Assembly (NCBI GenBank): GCA_028534125.1
Contig: CM052816.1
Span: 70,620,001-70,684,000, forward strand
From: Lama glama
Lineage: Eukaryota
DNA: 64,000 nucleotides
Reading direction: 5' to 3'
Below the pieces are notes generated by a model. That model had not been told where the DNA came from. It saw only the letters and a program-made list of their open reading frames with translations, and did not search any database. The translations under genes and the position numbers were made by a program. Shown here one piece after another: positions 1 to 12,939 of this stretch (position 1 is the first letter of the stretch; each line of letters starts with the position of its first letter).

Positions 1-112
1 GGAACCTCTACACTATTTCCATAGTGGCTACACCAATTTACCTCACCAGTAACAGTGTACACATGTGCCCTTTTCTCCACATCCTTACCAAAATTTTTTT
101 TATAATAGTCAT
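1..112 (-). mobile_element. L1 ORF2 3' fragment (cut by the window edge)
   Basis: Typical antisense L1 sequence: ttccatagtggctacaccaattta...ttttctccacatccttacca. Confidence 0.75.
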
Positions 113-339
113 GGGGGAGTCACTTTTAACTTTTATGTTTTATGTGTCTGTTTTTTTCATCAATGAGAACAGGAAGTTAAACTAGATTCAGTTGCTCAGC
201 CAACAAATAACCATGAGAGCACATTATGTTGAAGGCCCTGTGCCAGATGCTGGACACTGCACAGGGCTGCAAGTGGGAACCAAAACCAGTTCTAGCTTCT
301 AAACATTTTCCCTAATACACTAACTTCTCCCTCTTAATG

Positions 340-1180
340 TGTTTTCCACTTTGGAGTTTCCAGCTACCTAGATATTATCTTGAACTCAAGCTGTTTAAAA
401 CCACACTCATCAACTTCTCGATAAAACTGGTTTTCCTTTCCTGTACATCTATCTCTAAATGACTACCCACTTCCCAATAATTCAGTGTAGAAACTTTGGA
501 ATATGTTTGAATCATCCTAATACCTTCATTTGCCATTCCTAAATTTCCACAAAGACTTAATTATTCATCTAAATTTATCTCGGACACACTGTTTTTTCAT
601 TGCAGTTCACCCTAATCTAGCCAAGGGCCTCATCCCTTAAGCCCCAGAGTGCTGCTCTTGCTTGCTTGCAGATTTCCTAGATTTCAGGCACTCCTTTCTC
701 CAATCCAATCTATATGTAGTTCCCTAACTACACAGGTTATTTCATAAAAAGACCTATAATGGCTTCTCAACACCCTCTACTTAAGTACAAGCTCCTTTGT
801 CTGGCTTTTAAGGTCTGCCGTTATCTTTTCCCCTCTGTCATCCCAATGTCAGGCCTGTTTGCTTAGCAACATGCTCACTTCTTCTCAAATATATGCCCTT
901 GTTTACGTAGCTTCCCTGCTTGGAGTGACATTTCTTCTTCTGTTATCGAAAGTGAGTCATCTTTCAAGACTCAGGTCAAGAATCAAGCATCACTTCCTCC
1001 TTCTTTGAACTCCCATTGACTAGTCCATACCACACTGATTAACACTATTCTTTATTACTAATTATTTCATATACTTCCTCTACTAGATTATAAACTTACA
1101 TATTTGTCTTATAGTTAAATTTCTCATAGAATTTAGTATAATGCCAGACACAAAGGATGTATTACTTGTTGCTTGATTGG
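340..1180 (+). mobile_element. Degenerate L2 LINE 3' region
   Basis: L2-like blocks (tcttgaactcaagctgtttaaaacc; aagtacaagctcctttgtctggcttttaagg; ctactagattataaact). Boundaries approximate. Confidence 0.5.
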
Positions 1181-1895
1181 TCCACATTTATGCTATGGCT
1201 GAAGGAAGAAAACTTCTAACCCATCAATGAACATTTGTACAGCAACAACTAGGCTGGATGTTACCGGTGATGCAAGACGTATGAGACACAGTCTCTAATC
1301 TCAAAAGGTTAACATCTTCTTATTAACATCTCATGCATGTATATAGAATTCTAAATGGTTTTCCTAAAGTTCAATTCAGTATAGACTCATTCAGACAGTC
1401 CATTAGGAGCACCTTTTTTTTTCAACCATATTCTTACTATCCACTCTATGCATTCTTTTGTTTCTTTCTAAGTGTTGGTCTGGCTGTCTCTCTCATCTAC
1501 ACGTTCCCTTCTTCAAAGACAGAGTGACTATGAGAAGGAAATTCATCACGATACCAAGGCCCCATTAAGGTCTGATTTCTCAGTTTCCCATTTCTTTGCC
1601 TACTGGTGCTGTGTAAGAGGGGAATTAAGAATTTAGAGGTTGGAAATCTCGTAATAGGCTGGACTCTTAGAATAAAGGATGGAAAGAAACAGAAGATATC
1701 AAGTGGATGCACTAAGGCTCTATGAGGAAATATGAACCTCTTCTTACTCTACTAAGATTCATTCTGATAATTAAGGACTTCTGCTATCAGCCTGTCCTAA
1801 TGTCAGAGAGACAGAACTGGATGAGGGAGGAAGCTTACAGGTCTTCCTCATGTTGGAAGATGAGAACCAGACTTTCACAACATATGTTAACAATA

Positions 1896-2078
1896 CATTT
1901 GTCCCTTGGTATCCATAGGAGATTGGTTCCATGACCCCACTGGATGCCAAACTGCAGATGCTCAAGTCCCTTATATGAAATGGTGTAGTACAGTCAGCCC
2001 GCCTGCCCTCCGCATCTCCAATTTCTGAAGTTGGTTGAATCTGTGGATACCAAAATCCCAGACAGGGAGGGTCAACTG
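1896..2078. mobile_element. MER2B-like TcMar-Tigger MITE
   Basis: gtcccttggtatccataggagattggttcc...gatgctcaagtcccttatat...gagggtcaactg, flanked by TA on both sides (1894-1895, 2079-2080). Confidence 0.8.
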
Positions 2079-2470
2079 TATTTTACTATCTTTTAGAAAG
2101 ACAGTTCATTTTAAGTAGGTGGATTAACTCATTAAGGCTTGCTATTTATCATAATCCTCTTTAAAATTTATGTAATGATTAGGAATTAATGAAAATTAAC
2201 TTTTATATGTGTTTTATGTAAAACTTAAGCTTTCTAAGAAAAACACACACGGAGTTTCAATTTACTACAGTTTGTGCCCAAAAAGAAGCATGACCAGCTG
2301 GCCCACTCACCATTACTCTCACACGGGTAGAACTCCCCAAACTGCAGTCATAATGCCTAAGAGAATACAGTTGGTGTCCAGAAGGATGACTTCATCCGTC
2401 TAACCTTACAAAAGTCGGGGGGGGGGGTGAAGTGAGAGTATAGGATGGAAGGACAGAGAATATTAAAACG

Positions 2471-2627
2471 CCTACTCTACACAGGGAACTATATTCAGTA
2501 TCTTGCAGTAACATATGGTGAAAAAGAATATGAAAACAAATATATGTATGTTCATATATGACTGAAGCATTGTGCTGTGCACCAGAAATTGACCCAGCAT
2601 TGTAAACTGACTATACTTCAAAAAAAA
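2471..2627 (+). mobile_element. 5'-truncated lineage-specific L1 3' end
   Basis: acagggaactatattcagtatcttg...ccagaaattgac...gactatacttc plus A tail. Homologous to five other copies in the window. Confidence 0.85.
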
Positions 2628-3626
2628 TATATGTATATATGTGGGGGAAAAACCATACTCTGTTGTTAGATTTCACATCTGAGCTATTTATAAGGAGAGT
2701 AGAAGAGTGAAGCACCCACGCAGATTCTGGTTTACACCTAGGATGTAATATCTGTACTTAGAAAATGTTAGAACTCAAATGCTTACTGTGATAGTATGTA
2801 GGGAATTATTGTCAAATTAAGCAAGTCTAGAAGACAAAATGAAATAACGAAAAGCCACATCTTTTCATCTGTGAGCTATAGTAGAGTGATGTTTTCCAAG
2901 GAGAGGAACATCCCTTTGCTTGCGTTATTATAGTTAGTAGAAAAATGGGCTTGCTTAGCGTGTTACTAAACTGAAAGAAAGCTTAACTAACTACTGTTCT
3001 CTTTTTCTACAAGGTTCAATTAAAAAAACCTCATTAACATTTGCTAAATATAAAGCAAAAGAGCTCTAATACTAATTTTGTGTCATTTTCAAAAGTTAAA
3101 CATGCTTTAAAAATCACACCTGACATGAACTTAACCAATATTAAATCATTTCAAAGTGTGTAAAAGAAATTCAGTAAGACTCATTATAAATAACAGACCA
3201 AGCTCAGATCAGTAAAACACCAAAAATATAGGCCCAATATTATGCTATGGAAGTGATATAAAGACAGTGATCATCTGCCTCCCAACCCCTCCTGCTGAAG
3301 TCCAGCTACTCTAAAATGAGAACAATTAAAGAACTCTTGCCAGAATAACGCAATTTACAGAACAATGGCTATTTTGGATAAGGACCTTCCCTGAGGTCAA
3401 CCCAGGCTTCAACAAAAATCACCAGCCACTTCCTTTAATACTGCCAAGGAATTTTTCCTTTCTTTGCTTTGTCAATTTCCATTACCAAATGATCAGACTG
3501 CATTTCCTACCATACATGATTCATTCTAAGTCTCATTCATAAAACGAACTGCAGCTAAATAGTATTTTCCATTATCTTGTTAAAAAAAAAACTAAACAAC
3601 AGCAACAACAAAACCCACGGACATAC

Positions 3627-3747
3627 CATTTTCCTTCTTCGTTTTCATATTGTTGAACAGTATATCCAAACATGTCCTCCACTGGGCCGCTGAAAGTCAT
3701 TGAGTTCTTCACATCAACATTGAATGATACGCAGAAGCCTAGAACAA
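3627..3747 (-). CDS. ITGA1: Integrin alpha-1, exon 2 (VVLGFCVSFNVDVKNSMTFSGPVEDMFGYTVQQYENEEGKW; end of signal peptide and start of the first FG-GAP repeat)
   Basis: 121-nt exon between acceptor ...ttgttttccctcttaaAG (3749-3748) and donor ATG|GTATGT (3626-3625). Manual translation in phase 1 gives the FNVDV mature N-terminus and the MFGYTV motif. Not in the ORF track. The gene continues beyond the left edge of the window. Confidence 0.97.
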
Positions 3748-5429
3748 CTTTAAGAGGGAAAACAAAGTCCAGTTACATGGAGTTAACAAAGATTCTATTA
3801 TGTTTTGAATTATGAAGGCATTTTTGAGGTTACCACTCATAGCTGTGTGCTGATTGTTAGAGCAATGATGCTCAAAAAACGAGAACTACAAGGAGGGTGC
3901 ACAATATTAACTGTGTTACTGACTAGAAATCAACATAATGACTTTAAAAAATACAAGTATTAACATTCAAATAAGATCCTGTAGTAATTTAGTATCTGTA
4001 CCGTTCCCAGAACTAAAGATTTCAGAGTGTGTGGGAAGGGCCTGGCAGAAACTCATGCTCACATATGACTAATGCAGCTGCAGACAGTTTTCCAGTAGTG
4101 AGCCCAACACTAAACCATTGCCACTCATGAAATGTAAACAGCTTCATTTTCCCATTCTGACTACAGGGGATACAAGCATCACCATTTAAAGCCTCGGGAG
4201 AGAAAGCTTTCTCCTCTCTGTTTCGAAAGGGAAGGCAAGGTGATGCTCTCCACCCAGAGGTGGCTTCCTATGCAGGCTTGAGATATGCTCTGTGTCTCTC
4301 TGAATCAAACAGTGGGGGGAAGCTTGTACTCATACACTGAATTCTCCTCATGTGTTGGTGCTGACAACCTCAAGGGCTGCTGTTGAGATTAAATCAGATG
4401 ATATCTCTAAAGACGGTTAAATCTCTTTAATTTCTTTGTAGCTCAGGTAATGGAAACCCTTTATAGGTGAGACTCTCTCCTGCAAAGGTTCTGGATGGTG
4501 ACAAATTCTCTCAAATGATTGGTGCCAAATTCCATCTTTGGTACTGGTTTTTAAAGCATACTTGTGATGTTCCAAGGTACTCCCCTCCTAGATGTAATTA
4601 AGGATTCTTCCCAAAGAGTATACCCTTATAAAATCACAGAACATCACATGGCACATTCAGAGGTGATTAAATTCACTCTCCTTTGTTAAAATCAAGATAT
4701 ATAGCTACATGTAAACAGAAAAATTCTCCTTCCTTATTCACAGTAAGTATAGTCTAAATTCAGGCTCTAATTCTTAACCTTTAAATTTTGGTAACAATAT
4801 TAAATACTTCTATGATGCACAAAATTGTATGTAACTTAGAGAAAATTATTCTTCATAAAAATATGCATAAATACCTATATTTTGATAATCTTTTAACTAC
4901 TAAGCACTCTTTTTAAAAAAATCTTTAATAGAAATAATTATTAAATACAATCTATATTGTAGTTACCTGTGTGGGATTTTTTTTCCCCCTAGATTGGAAA
5001 ATTCTTAAAGGCAGGGACTCTTTTACTCATCTCTCTTATCCCTTCTCAAAATATAGCACAGTTCCTTGTACACAGATGGGCAATAACACAGAATGAAAGA
5101 CTACACGTTGAAGGAGAAAGTGTGCCAGTTGTAGACAGAAGTGAACTGCCAACTATTTCATCTTAGTTAAGGAAGACTTACTTTATGGAGATGGAAATTT
5201 TCAAGTTAGATTTTTAGGGAGAGGGAGAGATGTGACTTGGCAGTGAGAAGGAAATATGTCCCAAGGATTTGGGAGGGTCTCTGGAAGTAATAAGACACAG
5301 GACAGGACAAATATGGTTGCAAGATCATAGAGAGATTTGCCTGGCTGGCGTGGAAGATGCAGAAAAAGAACGGATGGGTAGCACAGGTCCATTTATGCAC
5401 ATTTCCTGTTCATTCTTCAAGGATGATAG

Positions 5430-5545
5430 GGAACAGCTGGTTACCATCTTCTGCTTAATTGCCTTTCATATATTTGAAGACAGTTTTAAACACTGTTCAC
5501 TCTCTACTCCAAATTAAATAGTACATGTTCCTACTCTTTCCCCAC
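5430..5545 (-). mobile_element. L3/CR1-like fragment
   Basis: cctttcatatatttgaagacagtt...ctactccaaattaaatagtacatgttcc resembles antisense CR1/L3 ORF2. Confidence 0.45.
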
Positions 5546-5619
5546 AGTTACCTTTAAAGCAAAAACACTTTCATGGATTATTTTAAATATGAGAGATACA
5601 CCAAATTGCATTTCTACAG

Positions 5620-5831
5620 CAGGATTTCTCAACTTTGGCACTATTGACATTTTGGGTCAGAAAATTCTTTGTTATGAGGGGCTGTCCTGTGCCTTGTAGG
5701 GTGTTTGGCAGCATCCCTGGCCCTTGTTCACATGATGTCAGTTGTCCCCCCTGAATTGGGAAGATCAAAAATGTCTCCAGATACTGCTAATTTCCCGTGG
5801 GTCCAAAACCACCGTGAGCTGAAGACCACTG
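5620..5831. mobile_element. MER20 hAT-Charlie MITE
   Basis: caggatttctcaactttggcactattgacattttgggtcag...aaaaatgtctccagatactgc...gaccactg. Full length (about 212 bp) with CAG...CTG ends. Confidence 0.88.
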
Positions 5832-5879
5832 TACTATAGACAACGGGGTAGAAAACTACCACCAATGGTTTTGTTACAG

Positions 5880-6048
5880 AAGGTGGCTGAGAGCCAACTG
5901 TGGCCCGCAGATCAGTAGCAGCTGCATCACCTGGGAGCTTGTGAGGGAGGGGTCCAGATTCTCAGGCTCTTCCCAGATTTCCTGAATCAGTCACCCCAAC
6001 AAGCTCCGCAGAGAACCGGACGCCTGTGGAGGTCAGGGAAGTACAGGT
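5880..6048. mobile_element. MER5A-like hAT-Charlie MITE
   Basis: gcagctgcatcacctgggagcttgt...cagattctcaggctc...cctgaatcag core. Confidence 0.65.
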
Positions 6049-6774
6049 CTGTAACGTGGCACTCCTCTTTCATAACGCCGACGCAGGGAACAGAATTTAC
6101 CTAAAGTAAAAGGACTCGCCATCCCTTAGACACAAGGGGGAAAGGATTTCTTTTAATCAGGGTCTACTTCACCCTTCTTGAGGGATTTTTCCAGCACTTC
6201 ATCATTCTCAGTATAGGCTCTCCCAAAGGCCTTTCATGGTGCTCCTCAACAGAAGACCAAGAGCTTTGGGTTTCCTTTTGGAGCCTGTTTGTTTATCCTA
6301 CATGTTGTGCGGAATGTCCAGGGGTGTGTGCTACACTTTTTTTTTTTTCATTTCCTGTCCTCAGAATTCCACAGGCAATTTGCCCAAAGCGATTGTAAAT
6401 CAGCCTCTTTCATGTTTTCTGAGGCACCAAGGAGCCTGAAGCACAGGACATGACATAAAAAAAAATAGTTTACATTTTGTTCTTTTGATTTAAAGGAGCA
6501 CATAAATAGTAAAAGCAGCTTCTCACAACTTTTTGTTCAATGTTCGTGTTGTTATATTAAGTTGCCTTGGAACTTTATGTACCAGAAGTAAAGCAAAAAT
6601 CATACTTATTTTTAATCAAAGTGGAAAAAAAAAAGAGCAAACAGACTGATGTGGCTTTAAGGGCAACATAGGGTGAAAATGATGGGAAATAAAACATAGA
6701 CAGTAATGAGATATCAAAATTAATTCTGATTTCACATGAACCAGCAAAAGAGAGCGTTTCCCCTTTAATAATAG

Positions 6775-6920
6775 TAACAACTATATGGTGTACTTACTAT
6801 GTGCTATCCCTCACATGCTCTATCTCATTCACTTTGCCAACAAGCCAACCATCAAATACCATTATTATCACTATCAGGCAGATGAGAAGGAGGCTCAGGA
6901 TGATAGAGAAATTTGCCCAC
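6775..6920 (-). mobile_element. MIR SINE fragment
   Basis: tacttactatgtgc...cattattatcactatcaggcagatgagaaggaggctcag (MIR core, antisense). Confidence 0.55.
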
Positions 6921-7696
6921 ATTTCTCCAGGACTCCCATATTATTCACACTAACTCAATTTTTATATCTTAGTCTTGAAACTAGAAAGAGCTAGTAGGTG
7001 ATCTGGGGATGGGTTTACAAGAGAGGCTACCATCAGTCCATATAATTCCATCTCCTAAGAAGCAATCTGGGGAGGAGGCTCTTCTACGTGGACATGGAGG
7101 AAGCTGGGAATGAGGAGGAAGTTCATAATAAAGAGAGAAGTCATGGCCACTGAGCCAGAAAAAGCTGCACAAGGGATTTCAGCTAAAACACATATATTTA
7201 GCTAGAAAAGAAACTGGAAGTCTTGTTCCCCTTCAAATACAGTTAGATGAGTTGTATATCTAAGGGCTGAAAACTGAAGAGGACGATGAGATTGCTGGTA
7301 TTGAAGGGCATTTCTTGTGAGATTGTTTTGTGCCAATCCTTTACCCCAGGATGGAATAAGTTGTGTAAGGCAACTAAATGAGAGAAAGGGAATGAGAGAA
7401 AGAGAGAAAGGGAGGGAGACTGACAGCTGTGTAATGTCTTCTGCTCACAGGTATTTTCATATTAATAAAGGTATTGAGCTAGTCAATGAGCTATGGAGGT
7501 TAGGGAGGCAGCTGTCATTCCTTTTTGTGTGTGTGTTAAGAGACTGGAGCTCAGAGGTTTAAGTCATTTTTCCAAGGTTAGGCTGTGTGAGTAGTAAAGA
7601 CAAGACTTCAACATTGGTCTTCTGAGGTCAAATCATGGCTTTCTGTTACTAGAGTGCTATTAAGTTAGTCAGATTGATAAAAATTAAAAAAATTCT

Positions 7697-7965
7697 GGAG
7701 GGAAAGGGAGTGGGAAAGGATAAATTGGGAGTTTGAGATTTCCAAATACTAACAACTATATACAAAAGGGATAAAAAAACAAATTTCTTCTATATAGCAT
7801 GGGGAACTATATTCAATATCTTGTAGCAACCTATAATGAAAAAGAATATGGAAATGAATATATGTATGTATATGTATGACTGAGACATGCTGTACACCAG
7901 AAATTGACACACTGTAACTGACTATACTTCAATAAAAATAAATACATTAAAAAGATTAAAAAAAT
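7697..7965 (+). mobile_element. 5'-truncated lineage-specific L1 3' end
   Basis: ggataaattgggagtttgagatt...ggggaactatattcaatatcttg...gactatacttcAATAAA plus A-rich tail. Confidence 0.9.
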
Positions 7966-9039
7966 TTTTTTTAATAAAAAATTACAACCTAGCTCAACAC
8001 AACCCCTAAATGGTCCATGAGAGCTCTTAATCATCTTGTAACTTTGGAGCATTTAAGGGTAGGACTGGCAGGAAAAGCTGAATGAAGGGGGAAAAGTCTG
8101 GGCATCTCTAGCGGGCACTGACTCTTTGGTGGAAGGAAGGTCCCCCTCCTCCACACATCCTCTGAGTTCCAAAAAAAGTCACTGCCGTCTGTTTGATTGT
8201 TTGCTTCTTAATGAAAAAAGTCTGTCTTTCACAGGCCGGTCCAGAAATTTTGACCTAATAATGCCCAGATTGGAGTCTTTAGTAGCCAATGGAATTCTGA
8301 ATATTTTAAATTCCAATTCCAAGGCCAGAGGGTATCAAATAAATGGTGACGAGGAATACATATTAAAATCCTATTGCTTTCTTTCAACAACTACCTTTGC
8401 ATGTTTATCCAATCTAGAAATAATAGAAATTATGCAATTAACATTATTTTTTATTATTTTTAACAGAAAGAGTGAAACCATGATACAGTACTAATATAGG
8501 AAATCATAATAATTGTGTTATTATAATTAATTAATGGTTTTTAGAGCAAATTCCTTGGTATTACAGAAAGATGGTGATCTTTAGAGATATATAAACCTGG
8601 GCTTAAGCCTATTCCTTTCATTGATATTATGTAGTCAATTATTCGTATTTATTTAACTATTCTACACATATTAATCTAGTCTTTATTTCAGGTTGGATAT
8701 ATGCTATACCCTGGAGATACAGTCATAAAAAGATAGTGCTCCTTTCTTCATGGATCTGACAGTCTAGCTGGGAAAAAATATGGCAAGTGAGCCCCAGCTT
8801 ATCATATTAAGATGAGCTTACAAAAATACCTTTCAGGTATTGGCTGCCATGAGACATGTAGCAATTGAAAATGCTCAAAAAATGAGTTAACTGCTTTTAC
8901 AGGTAGAACCCAAAGAGTCAGTTTACCATCTGGCTTTTGAGTTTTCTTTTGGAAGGGGATTTTCCCCCCATTCTGATGGCCATTTGTATCTTGAAAATTG
9001 ATACAGTCGTGCTGTATCGTTGGGGAAGGCCAGTGGGTC

Positions 9040-9232
9040 CACTGACTCATTTCTACGGCAAACTTCCTGTTACTAAGCCCAGCTGCAAGAAAATCTGAGA
9101 TGAGGGGTCGGGCCTGCGAAGCGGAAGAGCCAGCCGAGGAGGAGGGGTGCACGTGATTCCCGTTCTTGCGGAGAGAGCCCGTGGATTCTCTCTCAGTCCC
9201 TCAACAGGTGGTGCATACTGATGACGTCACCC
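9040..9232. promoter_or_regulatory. Candidate intronic enhancer (AP-1, ETS, E-box, CRE cluster)
   Basis: TGACTCA 9043-9049, ACTTCCTGT 9062-9070, GCGGAAG 9121-9127, CACGTG 9150-9155, TGACGTCA 9222-9229. CpGs are locally retained. Confidence 0.55.
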
Positions 9233-11364
9233 AGGCTCTGGGCCAACAGCAAGTCAAGGCTTCTCTCACGCCAGTGAAAATCTACTCCCCTCTAACCTAC
9301 TGCAAAGGTTACAAGTCTGCTCCCAAAAGAGGATGAATCTGCGGTGGCTCTTCTGCTATATTTAGGCCACACTGGGTCACCACCTTGAGCCACCTGAGAA
9401 CCACAGAGCACACCTACAAGTGCAGCCCTGGTGGTGCAGAGCTGCTGGGCCCTCTGTGCTCCAGCCTCAGCAGTGATGCATCCTGGGCACCTCGTCTCTT
9501 GCTGTGCCAAAGCCTCCAGGTGAAAACAGTTCATCCACCCTTGCTCAAGTGGAGATAACTCCCCAAATCATATATGCTCAGTATAACTAATGATGTAATA
9601 TATTAAATATATTACATTACTCCAAACTTACTTTTTCTCTTTGAATTTAGGTAAAATATATTCAACTTTGAGCCACTCCAGGGAGTTGGAAGAAAACAAT
9701 TCAATGACAAGAGTTGGAAGTCCTTTCCGCACCTTGTAATGTATAATGAAACATCTTTCTAATATCAGTGCTGTGGGTCTGAAATCTTAATTAGTTTAAG
9801 TGAGTTGGCTCTCAATGGTGGTGTACATGTTGCCTTAAAAGATAAAATCGGGTCGACAGTGTAAGTGAATCTGTCCACAAAAGTTAACATTCTACATCAT
9901 TCTAGTTGGTTTGAACTCTGAGGTGATTATTTTCATAGCATTGCAGTCTTGAGAAGGAGGAGCCAAAGAACTCCAGTTGTGAAGACCCAGGAAATAAAAA
10001 TAGAATGAAAATAAGATAAACAATACTAGAGCCTTGAGCAAAGAGTGTAGAATCAACACAAGCACTTGGAAATAACATCATAATCTCAAATTCAGAAAAT
10101 CTGTGTTTTCTGGAGAAAATACCATACCCCACTTAGTATCTCCTTCAAACAGTTGGAACTTCCCTATACAATTATGTAAAAAGAAAATCTGGCGCAGTCA
10201 ATCTCACCATTCAAAGTCCTTTCAACAGAAATGATGTAATATGTCAGCAAGATTCTACCTCCATCAGCAAGTCCAGAAAAGCCAATCCAAATAAACACCT
10301 CGGTATTCAAGCATTTTCCAAGTTTCATCCTGTGAAGTTGCTTTTTAATTTCAGCTTGCCATAGTGAGCGAATTGTTTTGACTCTCAGTGCTGACGTCCT
10401 CTGGGCTTCCAGTTATTACAAATGGTAGTTGAACTTCAAAGTGAGTGTGTGTATATGTATGCATCTGTATATGACTGGTAGGAAGGAGGCAAGGAGGTCT
10501 AATTCTTGGCACACAGTAGGTGTCTAATACAAGTTTGTTGAATGGAACAGGATGGAATAAACAGAGAAATGAAGATTTTCAGTATAAAGGTTATTTTGGC
10601 TGTAAGAATTTGTCCCCTTTCATAAGTGCTGCCCAGAATATTTAACTCCAATGGAGTGTTTCCCAAACATCCTTTGTTAAAAATCCCCCTTATAAATTTT
10701 TCTACATAAGTTTGTTCTTCCACAGTGTTTATTTTCCTTTGTAGTATCTACAGACATCTGCTGTTTTTCCCATATCCTCCCACCACAAATAATTGCCTGC
10801 TTTGCCAGCTCCTCTCAGACTGTGCCTTCTCCTGAAATTCTTAAACAGTCTCAGAATCCAACGCCTCCACCCTATCAGCATCATCTGCTGGCTCTGTGTT
10901 TTACAGGATAAAAAAGCTGCAGAACCTCAGGGGTCCCTGGATCCCACTGTGGGAAACACAACTTGTGTGTTTGTGCAAGCAACATGAGCACAGAACTCTG
11001 CTCTCCAGCTGCCCTGGCACCCTGAGAGCTGAACTCATTACTTTCTGTGACTACACAGCACAGAGAGCTGCACATGAAAAGGCATATTCCAATTCCAAAT
11101 GGAGTAGGGTTGTATCCTATTTAAGTGTTTATCCAGGTATATGAGATATGAAGTCTTTAGATGGGTAAGAATCTGAGTGAACGTTGTGCTTTTGTTAATG
11201 AAAATGTTTCAGTGAATTTTATTAATTTACATGTAATTTCCTTGTGGTGAGACAGTAAGACATTGCCAGTTTTAAGGTTATTTTTGTTAGTATGCACAAT
11301 AGGTACCTTTTAGGGCCAGAAAAGCAAAGAGGTAGTATACATTGTAAAATAAATGATTTTCAAC

Positions 11365-11463
11365 TTACCTAGTAGATTTAATTGGCAATTTCCAATTCTA
11401 GGCACCAAGAGATTCCATTATTGATTCTCCTGTACCATTTAATGGGATAATTTTTCTGGATAG
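11365..11463. repeat. Diverged direct repeat, copy A (99 bp)
   Basis: Ungapped manual alignment to 12841-12939 gives 82/99 identical. Confidence 0.92.
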
Positions 11464-11564
11464 CTGGGGTGTTGGCTATTGAAGATCATACACATGTCGA
11501 AGTGTGTGAGACAAAGTTACAACTTCCATTGCTTCTCTGGGGACATTGAGTTTATCCTACTTCG

Positions 11565-11690
11565 TTTTTTGTTTTTTTTTTTTTAATTGAAGTACAGTCA
11601 ATTACTATGTGTCAATCTTTGGTGTACAGAACAATGTTCCAGTCTTGCATATACATACATATTTTTGGTTTCATATTTCTTTTTTTTTAT
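11565..11690 (-). mobile_element. Short lineage-specific L1 3' end
   Basis: Poly-T followed by aattgaagtacagtca...gtgtcaatctttggtgtacag, the reverse complement of the 7697-7965 tail. Confidence 0.8.
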
Positions 11691-12840
11691 TGTATATTTG
11701 TTTACAAGTTTCTTAGCTCCAGTGAAAGTTAGGAAATTGAAAATCATTTACAAAACTGTATATACTACTTCTTTGCTTTCCTGACCCATGAAACTAATAA
11801 ACTACCTGTTGTGCACACAGCAAAAATAACCTTAGGCCTCACAACATGTTATTAGCTCATATGTATCACTGAGAAGAAATCATATGTGAGTTAGCAAAAT
11901 TTATTAAAAAGAATCTGTTAATAAAAGTACAACTTTTTATCCAGATTCCTTCTTCTAAGGCTTCAGTGTACAGAAAGCATACAATAGCTGGCTAAGATTA
12001 GACTCTGAGATTGAACCAATGGCATCTCAAATATGCAGGAAAAGAGTTAACCAGTTATTTAAGGTACACATAGTACAAAAAAGAGTGTAAAGCTTTGTCT
12101 TTTTCTCAATTGTACAATTTGGGGTTTGGAGCTGAAATTAAGTGAAAACACATATGTGCAATAAAAAATAAAGTAGAAATAAATATAAAAGACTAATCAT
12201 AAAATTTTCAAATGTATATACACTACTTGAAAGCATTCATTTAGATTATTGAAATTTGAGCAGTGAAAGTGTAAGGCTTTTTTAAAAAATATGATTGTTC
12301 ATACTGCATTATGTTATCACCTATAAAATCTAACAGACATTCCTCACTTGGTGAAATTCCAACATGTGAAAAACATCAGTTAAATTAGGTTGTGATTATT
12401 TAGATTGGAAAGTAATTACTGGCATTTTGAGTCAGCTATAATAGTCTTTCAAAGAGGGAGCATGCCTAGAGTTTTAAAGATGTTGTGATTTTATGCAGTT
12501 TTAAGAACACAATCAACACATCAAATGAAGTCTGCCTATATTTTATGTTGCTGTGGATTACAAAGGGCTACTAGATTCAGCTTGCCTTAACCTCTCATTA
12601 AAAAAAAAACACTTTGTCATATTGCTCAGAAACAGGAAGCAAAATATACAGATTTATAATATTCTTTTTTTAATGGACTATGGTTATCTAAATACCTTTT
12701 GGTCTGACACACAGGTGCTCAATTATTAACATTAATAAATTAAGGGCTTCATGCAACTAACAAAATGAAATACTATATAAACTCCAACAGTAAACTGCAA
12801 CACAAACCAAAATGTGTAAGAAAAAGATTGCTTCCTAGAA

Positions 12841-12939
12841 TTACCCAGTAGATTTAACTGGCAACTTCAAATGCCAGACACTAAGAGATGGCATTATTAA
12901 TTCTCCTATCCCACTTAATAGGCTAATTTTTCTGGACAG
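12841..12939. repeat. Diverged direct repeat, copy B (99 bp)
   Basis: Ungapped manual alignment to 11365-11463 gives 82/99 identical. Confidence 0.92.

Noticed and set aside
11365..12939. The 99-bp duplicate pair as mutually exclusive protein-coding exons or as LTRs of one element
   Set aside because: Both copies hit a stop in the ITGA1-compatible frame, and the other minus-strand frames are blocked in at least one copy. There are no TG...CA ends, TSD or internal retroviral sequence.
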